DNA from: an uncultured Candidatus Saccharibacteria bacterium
GTDB lineage: Bacteria; Patescibacteriota; Minisyncoccia; Phycocordibacterales; PALSA-1337
Direction of reading: 5' to 3'
Length of the DNA: 61,252 bases
Assembly: GCA_964357605.1 (NCBI GenBank)
Contig: CAYHLX010000005.1
Coordinates: 1-61,252 of the forward strand
Under the pieces are notes generated by a model, which was not told where the DNA came from, searched no databases, and saw nothing but the letters and a program-made list of their open reading frames with translations. The position numbers and the translations under genes were made by a program. Shown here one piece after another: positions 53,906 through 61,252 of the stretch (position 1 is the stretch's first letter; the number at the start of each line of letters is the position of its first letter).

Positions 53906-56614
53906 TTATTTCTTCAACTCAATGTCAGAGAGAATAAAATGACTTTCACCTTTCTTTTTCTTTTTTACCTCGAAAGTAAATTCTTCGGGAGTAATGATAC
54001 TGCCCTTAGTGTCTTTTTTGAGACCAACATAAATCGTTCCTCCCTTTGTGACACCCTGAGAAATCATGAGAGACGCAACGGGAGTCAAAATTTTTGTTTG
54101 AATGAGGCGTTTCAAAGGTCTCGCTCCGTATTGAGGATTGTAGCCCTCTATTGCCAGATATTTTGTCACATCTTCGGAAATCATCATGTTAATATCCTTT
54201 TCTTTAAGTCTTTTAACGACAAACTCAATTTGAATTTTCACAATACTTTCGATAGATTCTCGACTCAAAATGTCAAAAATAATAATGTCATCTAGACGAT
54301 TGAGAAATTCTGGTCGGAAATAATCTTTGAGACTGGACATGACTTTGTTCTTTACGCTATCGTAATTATCTTTTTCTCTGGTCCCTTCAGAACCATTAGC
54401 AAAACCAATCTTCTCCATTTTCTCTATAAACTGCGCACCAATGTTAGAAGTCATGATAATCACGGTATTTTTAAAATTAACCGTGCGTCCCTTGGAATCT
54501 GTGAGTCTGCCATTATCAAGAACCTGAAGCAGGATGTTGAAAACTTCCGGATGAGCTTTTTCTATCTCATCAAAAAGAATCACCGAATATGGTCGATGCC
54601 GAACCATTTCCGTCAAACCACCACCTTCATCGTGACCGATGTAACCTGGAGGAGCCCCGATCAGTTTGGAAATAGAATGCTTTTCCATAAATTCAGACAT
54701 GTCCACCCTGATCAAAGCCTTTTCATCATTGAATAGAAATTCGGCCAGAGCTTTGGTCAATTCTGTTTTCCCCACCCCAGTTGGACCAAGAAAAATGAAT
54801 GAACCAATAGGACGATTGGGGTCGGCAATACCTGCTCGAGAACGTTTGATCGTGTCAGCAATCTTTCTCACCGCTTCATTCTGACCAACAATGCGGTTCT
54901 TTAGATCTTCCTCCATACGTGAAAGCCTCTGTGCTTCCGCTTCCATCATGCGAAAAACAGGGATACCAGTCCATCTGGAAACCACATCAGCAATATCTTG
55001 CTCGGTAATTTCTTCTTTCAAAATTCTTCTGGAAGATTGTAATTTCTTTAGTCTCTTGTTTTTTGTTTCTAATTCTTTTTCAAAAGAAGGTATTTTACCA
55101 TAACGAATTTCTGCCGCCTTAGAAAGGTCAGCGCGAGCTTCGGCAGCCTCCGCTTCTATCCTCAAACCTTCAAGTTCCTTCTTTATTCTTTTTATTTCCG
55201 TAATCGTATCTTTTTCATTCTTCCATTTGAGTTCAAGCTCTGAAGTACTTTCCCTTAAATCAGCAATTTCCTTTTCTATCTTGGCCATCCGAGTCTTGGC
55301 ATTTTTGTCAGTTTCCTTTTTTAGAGCTTCTCGCTCTATTTCCAGTCGCATAATCTTGCGACGAGTTTCTTCTAGTTGAGGTGGCATGTTCTCTAGAGAA
55401 ATCTTCAGAGCCGAAGCCGCTTCATCAATAAGATCAACGGTTTTGTCTGGTAAAAACCGATCAGGAATATATCGACTAGCGAGATTGACCGCCGCGACAA
55501 TCGCATCATCAGTAATTCTCACCCCATGATACAGTTCGTATTTTTCTTTGAGACCTCGGAGAATCGCCACCGCATCTTCTACGGAAGGTTCGTTGACATA
55601 AACTGGCTGAAAACGTCTAGTCAAAGCTGGGTCTTTTTCAATATGCTTTTGGTATTCTTTGAGAGTGGTCGCTCCGATAGACCTCAGTTCTCCTCGCGAA
55701 AGAGCAGGCTTGAGCATGTTTGAAGCATCCATCGATCCTTCAGAGGCTCCAGCGCCGACTAAAGTGTGTATCTCATCAATGAAAAGAATAATCTTTCCTT
55801 CAGATCTTTCGATTTCTTTTAGAATATTTTTCAATCGCTCTTCAAATTCTCCTCGATATTTTGTACCTGCAATGAGAGAACCTAAGTCAAGAGAAACTAG
55901 CTCTTTGTCTTTCAGAGATTCTGGAACATCCCCTTGAGCCATTCTGATCGCCAAACCTTCTGCTATGGCAGTTTTACCAACTCCGGCCTCACCTATAAGG
56001 ATAGGGTTATTTTTAGTTCTTCTAGAAAGAATTTGGATCACTCTGAGTATTTCATTATCTCGTCCAATCACCGGATCAAGTTTATTTTCTTTGGCGAGCT
56101 TGGTGAGACTGCGAGCATATTTTGAAAGTGTCCTAAACTTTTTTGGTGAATCACTTTTTGTTTCATCGCTATTTTTAAGTTCTGCTATAATATTGAGCAC
56201 TCCCTGTCTCTCTATTTTAAAACGAGCGAGAATTTCTTTGGCCTGACTTTGAACATCGAAACAACCGACAAAAAGATGTTCGGTAGAAATAAATTCATCC
56301 TTGAGAGATTGAGCGACTTTCCCCGCATGTTCAATAATGGAAGCTAGTTCTGGAGTTAAATAAATTTGGTATGAAGGAGAGAGAGTTCTGGCCGTCTCCG
56401 GAGCTTCCATATGTTCCAAGATCACATCAGTGAGAAGCATCGTATCTACTTCTAACCTATCCAAAATAGAAGCGACCATGCTTTCTTCCTGAAGAATCAA
56501 AGCACAGATTAGATGGAGCGGATTAACATGATTTTGACCACGTTCAATGGCCAATTCGTGTGAACGACGAAGGGCTTCCTTGGCCTTGGTTGTAAAATTG
56601 GTCAGTGGAGGCAT
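53906..56614 (-). CDS. clpB: ATP-dependent chaperone ClpB
   Basis: 902 aa; Clp_N repeats; two AAA modules ([18 protein letters not shown]); long coiled-coil middle domain. Confidence 0.9.
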   Translation of the reverse strand: MPPLTNFTTKAKEALRRSHELAIERGQNHVNPLHLICALILQEESMVASILDRLEVDTMLLTDVILEHMEAPETARTLSPSYQIYLTPELASIIEHAGKVAQSLKDEFISTEHLFVGCFDVQSQAKEILARFKIERQGVLNIIAELKNSDETKSDSPKKFRTLSKYARSLTKLAKENKLDPVIGRDNEILRVIQILSRRTKNNPILIGEAGVGKTAIAEGLAIRMAQGDVPESLKDKELVSLDLGSLIAGTKYRGEFEERLKNILKEIERSEGKIILFIDEIHTLVGAGASEGSMDASNMLKPALSRGELRSIGATTLKEYQKHIEKDPALTRRFQPVYVNEPSVEDAVAILRGLKEKYELYHGVRITDDAIVAAVNLASRYIPDRFLPDKTVDLIDEAASALKISLENMPPQLEETRRKIMRLEIEREALKKETDKNAKTRMAKIEKEIADLRESTSELELKWKNEKDTITEIKRIKKELEGLRIEAEAAEARADLSKAAEIRYGKIPSFEKELETKNKRLKKLQSSRRILKEEITEQDIADVVSRWTGIPVFRMMEAEAQRLSRMEEDLKNRIVGQNEAVRKIADTIKRSRAGIADPNRPIGSFIFLGPTGVGKTELTKALAEFLFNDEKALIRVDMSEFMEKHSISKLIGAPPGYIGHDEGGGLTEMVRHRPYSVILFDEIEKAHPEVFNILLQVLDNGRLTDSKGRTVNFKNTVIIMTSNIGAQFIEKMEKIGFANGSEGTREKDNYDSVKNKVMSSLKDYFRPEFLNRLDDIIIFDILSRESIESIVKIQIEFVVKRLKEKDINMMISEDVTKYLAIEGYNPQYGARPLKRLIQTKILTPVASLMISQGVTKGGTIYVGLKKDTKGSIITPEEFTFEVKKKKKGESHFILSDIELKK

Positions 56615-56637
56615 ATGTAGATATAATAATGAAAAAA

Positions 56638-57771
56638 CTAGTCTCTGTCAATAATTTTCATCGCGTTTAAAGTCTTTTTGAGATCTCCCTTTTTGGTATT
56701 TCTACCAAAAGAAAACCTAATAGCATTTCTAGAATCAACACCAATCGCCTTGAGAACATAGGATTCATCTTCATCTTTTAGGCAGGCGCTTTTGGTAGAA
56801 CACGCTATACCTTTGGCATCTAACTGTAGAACAAAAAATTCACTATCAATATTGGGAATTGAAATATTCAAGATATTTGGAACAGTATTGACCATTGATC
56901 CATTTATTTTTATCACTGAATTAATCTTATTTAACTCATCAATAAAATATTTCTTAAGAACAGTTAGTCTGTGTAATTCTTTTTTCCTCATTCTTTCGGC
57001 AAGCTCTAAAGCCAGGGCGAAGCCTTGAATACCAGGGATATTCTCGGTTCCTGATCGAAGACCTCTTTCTTGTGATCCACCGTGCAGGATCGGAGAACAC
57101 TCCACTCCCCGACGAATATAGAGCATGCCTAAGCCACGAGGACCATAGATCTTGTGTCCATCAAGAGTCACCAGATCAACATTCATTTTTTCAACATAAA
57201 CTTCAAGAGAAGTTGATGCTTGGCAAGCATCAGTATGTAAAAATGGGAATCGCGTGCCAGAAGTTTTTCGATAGTCACGAACAATTTTTGAGATCTCATA
57301 AATAGGTTCAATTGTTCCTATCTCATTATTAACCATCATAATAGAAATAAGAATGGTTTCTGGTCTGATGGATTTTTTTAATTGTTCCAAATCCACAACC
57401 CCATTTTCATCAACTTCGAGGTATGTGACTTCCATTCCTTTTTTTTCTAAATAATGAGCAGTTTCTATCACTGACGAATGTTCAATAGCACTAACGATAA
57501 TGTGTTTCCCCTGATACGCCTCTACCACTCCCAAAAGCGCGAGGTTGTTGGACTCGGTACCACTACCTGTAAAAATTATCTCGTCACTATGCGCATGTAG
57601 AACTTTGGCCACCCTCTCTCGAGCATCTTTCATTGCATCTTTTGCTAATACAGCCGAAGCATAAAGAGCTGATGGATTTCCATAAGTCTGGCTTGAAAAT
57701 TTATTTATAACCTTGAGAACCCTCGGATCAACGGGGGTTAGAGAAGCATAATCTAGGTAAATCTTCTTCAT
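56638..57771 (-). CDS. cysteine desulfurase (class V aminotransferase, NifS/IscS-like)
   Basis: Start chosen at [10 protein letters not shown] (track extends to 57789); PLP-lysine motif [10 protein letters not shown]; SGTEN loop. Confidence 0.85.
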   Translation of the reverse strand: MKKIYLDYASLTPVDPRVLKVINKFSSQTYGNPSALYASAVLAKDAMKDARERVAKVLHAHSDEIIFTGSGTESNNLALLGVVEAYQGKHIIVSAIEHSSVIETAHYLEKKGMEVTYLEVDENGVVDLEQLKKSIRPETILISIMMVNNEIGTIEPIYEISKIVRDYRKTSGTRFPFLHTDACQASTSLEVYVEKMNVDLVTLDGHKIYGPRGLGMLYIRRGVECSPILHGGSQERGLRSGTENIPGIQGFALALELAERMRKKELHRLTVLKKYFIDELNKINSVIKINGSMVNTVPNILNISIPNIDSEFFVLQLDAKGIACSTKSACLKDEDESYVLKAIGVDSRNAIRFSFGRNTKKGDLKKTLNAMKIIDRD

Positions 57772-57832
57772 GAACATGAGTATACTCACTTTTCCCCTAT
57801 TCGCAAAATCTTTTATGCCTTATACTTGGCCT

Positions 57833-58309
57833 ATGATTTTAAATTTTGACCTAAATTTTATTATAATTATAATCTTAGCTATAGCTATCATTGTTTTAGC
57901 GATTATTGTTTTCCAACTTCAAACCAAAATCAAAAAATTCTTAATTGGAAAAGATGCTCTAAACCTCGCCGATTCTCTATCATCAGTCGATACTTCACTA
58001 AAGAGCTTTGAGGCTTCCCGCAAAGAGATCGAGCAGTACCTCGCCACCGTAGAAAAACGTCTTAAAAAGAGTGTTCAAGCCGTACACACTGTTCGTTTTA
58101 ATCCTTTCAAAGGCACGGGATCTGGAGGCAACCAAAGTTTTGCCACTGCTTTTCTAAATGAGTTAGGTGATGGTGTGGTGGTCTCCAGTCTCTACTCTCG
58201 CGAGTATGTCAGCATCTTTTCTAAACCTGTGAAAGGTGGGGCTTCAGAATATGAGCTTTCAGAGGAAGAAAAAGAAGCCGTAAAAGGAGCCATGGAAATG
58301 TTGAAATAA
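57833..58309 (+). CDS. DUF4446 family protein
   Basis: Start chosen at MILNFD...; this removes the overlap with the divergent desulfurase gene (track start 57770, alternative ATG 57815); RFNPFKGTGSGGNQSFATAFL motif. Confidence 0.7.
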   Translation: MILNFDLNFIIIIILAIAIIVLAIIVFQLQTKIKKFLIGKDALNLADSLSSVDTSLKSFEASRKEIEQYLATVEKRLKKSVQAVHTVRFNPFKGTGSGGNQSFATAFLNELGDGVVVSSLYSREYVSIFSKPVKGGASEYELSEEEKEAVKGAMEMLK

Positions 58310-58370
58310 GCAGGCAAATCTAGCCAAAACTGAATTTTTCTGTTAGAGTGTAAACCCTTAGATTACACTC

Positions 58371-59867
58371 ATGAAAAACACTCCTAACAACCTCATAAAT
58401 CGCCCTCCCGTGGTTGTCATCATGGGTCATATTGACCATGGAAAGTCTACTCTTCTCGACTACATCAGAAAGTCAAATATCGTGGCCAAAGAAGCTGGAG
58501 GTATCACTCAACATCTCGGAGCTTATGAAGCGATGCATGGTAAACAAGTAATAACTTTCTTAGACACTCCTGGGCACGAAGCTTTCTGTGCTATCCGAGA
58601 AAGAGGTGCTCAAGTAGCTGACATCGCCGTGCTGGTAGTTTCTGCCGAAGACGGAGTGAAGCCCCAGACGATCGAAGCTTTAAAATGTATTCAAACCGAA
58701 AAAATTCCTTTCATTGTCGCAATTAACAAAACAGATAAACCCGGAGCCGATGTAGAAAAGACAAAACAGTCTCTAGCGGAAAACGAAATCTATGTTGAAG
58801 GATACGGTGGAGATGTTCCAGTCGTGCCGATTTCTGCTTTAACTGGCAAGGGAATTCCAGAACTGCTCGATATGATCATTTTGGTTTCTGAGATGGGAGG
58901 GTTCAAAGCGGATTCAAACAAACTAGCAGAAGGAGCCATCATCGAAGCTGGCCTTGATAACAAAAAGGGTATCTACGCGACCCTCCTCATCAAAAATGGT
59001 ACGTTAAAAAGTGGAAATTATATTGTGGCCGATGATGCCTATTCGCCAGTAAGAATCTTGGAAGATTTTCTAGGTAAGGCCATCAAAAGTGCGACTTTCT
59101 CTAGTCCTGTCCGCGTGATTGGTTTCAACAAAATCCCCACCGTGGGTACAAAATTTATCGTGGTGGAAGATAAAAAGGAAGCCGAGCAACTAGCCGAAAA
59201 TTACAAGCCGGTCATAGAAAAAGTTCCAGAAAAGAACCTGATCGCAGACACAGAAACCAGCATTTCTCTCCCCTTCATTATCAAAGCTGATGCGATTGGT
59301 AGTCTGGAAGGCATCAAACATGAAATTGCCAAGATCCAGGAACCAAAAGTGAGAATTAAAATAGTTTCTGAAGGAATTGGAAATATCAATGAAGGTGATG
59401 TCAAAACCGCCCAGAGTGATCCACAGATTACCATCTTAGCCTTCAATGCCAAACCTGATGCCAAAGCCAAAAGTATTCTAGAGAGATCTACGGTGAAGGT
59501 TGAATCTTTTGAGATTATTTACAAACTAATAGAATTTGTAAAAAACATAGTCACCACCAACGTCCCTAAAGAATATATTGATGAGATCAGTGGTACCGCC
59601 AAGATCCTCGCTCTATTTAGTAAAAACAAGGACAAGCAAATCTTGGGAGGAAAAGTCCAGCAAGGCAGTATTCTTCTTGGTTCCGAAGTTAAAATTCTAA
59701 GACGTGACGCGGAAATCGGTAGAGGAAAAGTTAAGGAACTACAACAACAAAAAGCTAAAACTGAAGAGGTGCGTGAGGGGTATGAATTTGGAGCCTTGAT
59801 AGAATCTAGAATAGAGATCGTGGTCGGCGATAAAATCCAAGGCTTTAAAACGGTAGAAAAGAAATAA
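58371..59867 (+). CDS. infB: translation initiation factor IF-2 (short form)
   Basis: 498 aa; GHIDHGKST, DTPGH and NKTD GTPase motifs. Confidence 0.95.
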   Translation: MKNTPNNLINRPPVVVIMGHIDHGKSTLLDYIRKSNIVAKEAGGITQHLGAYEAMHGKQVITFLDTPGHEAFCAIRERGAQVADIAVLVVSAEDGVKPQTIEALKCIQTEKIPFIVAINKTDKPGADVEKTKQSLAENEIYVEGYGGDVPVVPISALTGKGIPELLDMIILVSEMGGFKADSNKLAEGAIIEAGLDNKKGIYATLLIKNGTLKSGNYIVADDAYSPVRILEDFLGKAIKSATFSSPVRVIGFNKIPTVGTKFIVVEDKKEAEQLAENYKPVIEKVPEKNLIADTETSISLPFIIKADAIGSLEGIKHEIAKIQEPKVRIKIVSEGIGNINEGDVKTAQSDPQITILAFNAKPDAKAKSILERSTVKVESFEIIYKLIEFVKNIVTTNVPKEYIDEISGTAKILALFSKNKDKQILGGKVQQGSILLGSEVKILRRDAEIGRGKVKELQQQKAKTEEVREGYEFGALIESRIEIVVGDKIQGFKTVEKK

Positions 59868-59868
59868 C

Positions 59869-60201
59869 ATGGTTGCCAATAGAGATCAAAAACTAAAAGA
59901 CCTCATCAAAGAAGCTGCTGCCAACTTCCTGCAGAGAGAGTCTAACTATACTTCTCTCCTCACAGTAACTGACGTATCTCTCTCCGATCGTGGGAACAAC
60001 GCTACTATCTTTTTCACCGTCCTACCTCCTGATAAAGAAAAAGGGGCTCTGGATTTTGTTAAAAGAAAAAGAGCCGAATTTCGTGAATTCTTCAAAAGCC
60101 AAGCGCGGATGCGCGCTCTACCCTTCTTTGATTTTGAAATAGACAAAGGAGAAAAGAATCGTCAAAAAATAGACGAGATCGCTAGAAGTGTTATAGAATA
60201 A
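59869..60201 (+). CDS. rbfA: ribosome-binding factor A
   Basis: 110 aa; typical position after infB; LTVTDVSLSDRGNNATIFF pattern. Confidence 0.85.
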   Translation: MVANRDQKLKDLIKEAAANFLQRESNYTSLLTVTDVSLSDRGNNATIFFTVLPPDKEKGALDFVKRKRAEFREFFKSQARMRALPFFDFEIDKGEKNRQKIDEIARSVIE

Positions 60202-60219
60202 GACATCTCCCGAAACCAC

Positions 60220-60293
60220 GACCCAGTGGCGAAGTTGGTTAACGCGACAGTCTGCAAAACTGTTATGCGCCGGTTCGATCCCGGCCTGGGTCT
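60220..60293 (+). tRNA. tRNA-Cys (GCA)
   Basis: Hand-folded: acceptor GACCCAG/CUGGGUC, anticodon loop CUGCAAA, T arm GCCGG-UUCGAUC-CCGGC. Confidence 0.9.
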
Positions 60294-60323
60294 CCGAAAG
60301 TCACGAGAGAACTTTCATAATTT

Positions 60324-60405
60324 GCCCGAGTGGTGGAACTGGTATACACGCACGACTTAAAATCGTGTCCTTTACAGGATGTGGGTTCGATTCCCACCTC
60401 GGGCA
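60324..60405 (+). tRNA. tRNA-Leu (UAA)
   Basis: Hand-folded: acceptor GCCCGAG/CUCGGGC, anticodon loop CUUAAAA, long variable arm, T arm GUGGG-UUCGAUU-CCCAC. Confidence 0.9.
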
Positions 60406-60525
60406 CAATGAATTGACGTTTTTTATAAAAAGAGTAGTCTTTAAGAGGCTGCACTTCTTAGCTTTTATATGTGAGAGGTTCAGGAGGAAAAACAAAAACC
60501 ATCGGAACACCGGAAAGACAAAACT

Positions 60526-61143
60526 ATGCAACGACAACTAATCGGCGACACTCTCGTGGCTCGCCAGCCCAAACTCAGCCGAGTCGGTCGGAAAAAACTC
60601 AAAGTCCAATCGCCTCTGGACTTCACACTGGAGAAGGCTGGCATCCGACCTTTGAACACCAAGGCAGTAAAGGACTACATGGCCTCCATGGTGGACAAGC
60701 TCCGCAACCCGCCGGTACCCCCGAGCTGGATTGCCAGCCTCAAAGCCTTCGTGAAGACGGCTTGTCTCATAACCATCGTCGCCAGTGCCATTCAATGGAA
60801 TTTGGTCGCGCTGGCCATCGGCATCGCCGCCCTCGTAATAATTCCCATCATTAACGAAATCCGGGACAGGTGTTTCCCTCACCCAAGACACCACGCTTGC
60901 TGGAGGAGTTATGACTTGAACACGTACGTGAGCCTGAGCAGGTGCAAGAAAGATCATCCCCACATTCCAGACGAAATCAAAACTCGGATGGAGATCATCA
61001 AGTCTCGCCTACCGGGGACAGAATTCGCTATTCACTGGTTGGACATTGACCCGATCGTTGAAGCCATGTACTTCAACCCCCAAAACGGAACTATGCAACG
61101 ATGCTACATCGGCGTCTGGAACGAAGAAGGCTTAATTGCCTGA
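60526..61143 (+). CDS. hypothetical membrane protein (GC-rich islet)
   Basis: 205 aa; two central TM helices; no recognised domain. Confidence 0.45.
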   Translation: MQRQLIGDTLVARQPKLSRVGRKKLKVQSPLDFTLEKAGIRPLNTKAVKDYMASMVDKLRNPPVPPSWIASLKAFVKTACLITIVASAIQWNLVALAIGIAALVIIPIINEIRDRCFPHPRHHACWRSYDLNTYVSLSRCKKDHPHIPDEIKTRMEIIKSRLPGTEFAIHWLDIDPIVEAMYFNPQNGTMQRCYIGVWNEEGLIA

Positions 61144-61171
61144 AACCCCTCAGAAAGTTTTAATTTCAAAA

Positions 61172-61203
61172 AGCTGCAGCTCCCGCTGCGGCTTTCCCTT
61201 TTA
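61172..61203 (+). terminator. intrinsic terminator
   Basis: 9-bp stem AGCTGCAGC/GCTGCGGCT (one G-U), loop TCCC, T-rich tail. Confidence 0.6.
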
Positions 61204-61252
61204 TGTTAAACTTAATAAATTGCTAAATTAGCAAAAATCTGTTACATTTTTG

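Noticed and set aside
53891-56246. Several 60-134-aa plus-strand ORFs
   Set aside because: All are antisense to clpB, whose frame is unambiguous.
58340-58370. 7-bp hairpin GAGTGTA/TACACTC abutting the infB start codon as a regulatory element
   Set aside because: It is short and could arise by chance. There is no supporting context.
60471-60963. 127-aa plus and 141-aa minus ORFs overlapping the 205-aa ORF
   Set aside because: They are GC-rich shadow frames. The 205-aa frame has clear TM helices and a downstream terminator.

Overview
AT-rich, tightly packed bacterial chromosome segment. Most genes are on the minus strand and many proteins are short. The gene content looks like a reduced-genome Patescibacteria/CPR-type organism: short IF-2, SWIB protein, DUF4446, several NUDIX genes, a free-standing LAGLIDADG gene, few biosynthetic genes. 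That taxonomic call is inference only. Housekeeping genes recognised from motifs include gap, a DEAD-box helicase, msrA, msrB, an ABC-F ATPase, dnaX, dus, serS, dprA, lexA, topA, parB, miaA, rpmG, clpB, a cysteine desulfurase, infB and rbfA. I folded six tRNAs by hand: Gln-UUG, Leu-CAA, Trp-CCA, Tyr-GUA, Cys-GCA and Leu-UAA. The most unusual region is an accessory island of about 11 kb (18.3-29.5 kb) that abuts tRNA-Gln. Its right part encodes a winged-helix regulator, an HUH rolling-circle Rep and a large serine recombinase whose last codons run into the tRNA-Gln gene. Its left part is a co-directional array of secreted and membrane-protein genes plus a Fic toxin-antitoxin pair. That array reads away from the recombinase module and is punctuated by five co-oriented copies (plus one partial copy) of a sharply delimited 26-28 nt repeat, GCTGGGG(G)(A)TGTGGGACGARRTTGGAAC. 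Each full copy sits 4-55 nt after the stop codon of a minus-strand gene. The layout resembles an integron cassette array, but there is no tyrosine integrase and no attC-like hairpin. I consider this the best candidate for an undescribed system. Other notable points: about nine visibly GC-richer islets carrying orphan genes with their own hairpin terminators, several next to tRNAs. A lexA operon with a GAAC-N4-GTTC box. A family of perfect palindromes in and just after an ORF6N gene. An internally deleted purH relic. Two candidate structured leader RNAs. All family assignments come from motif recognition by eye; no database search was possible.
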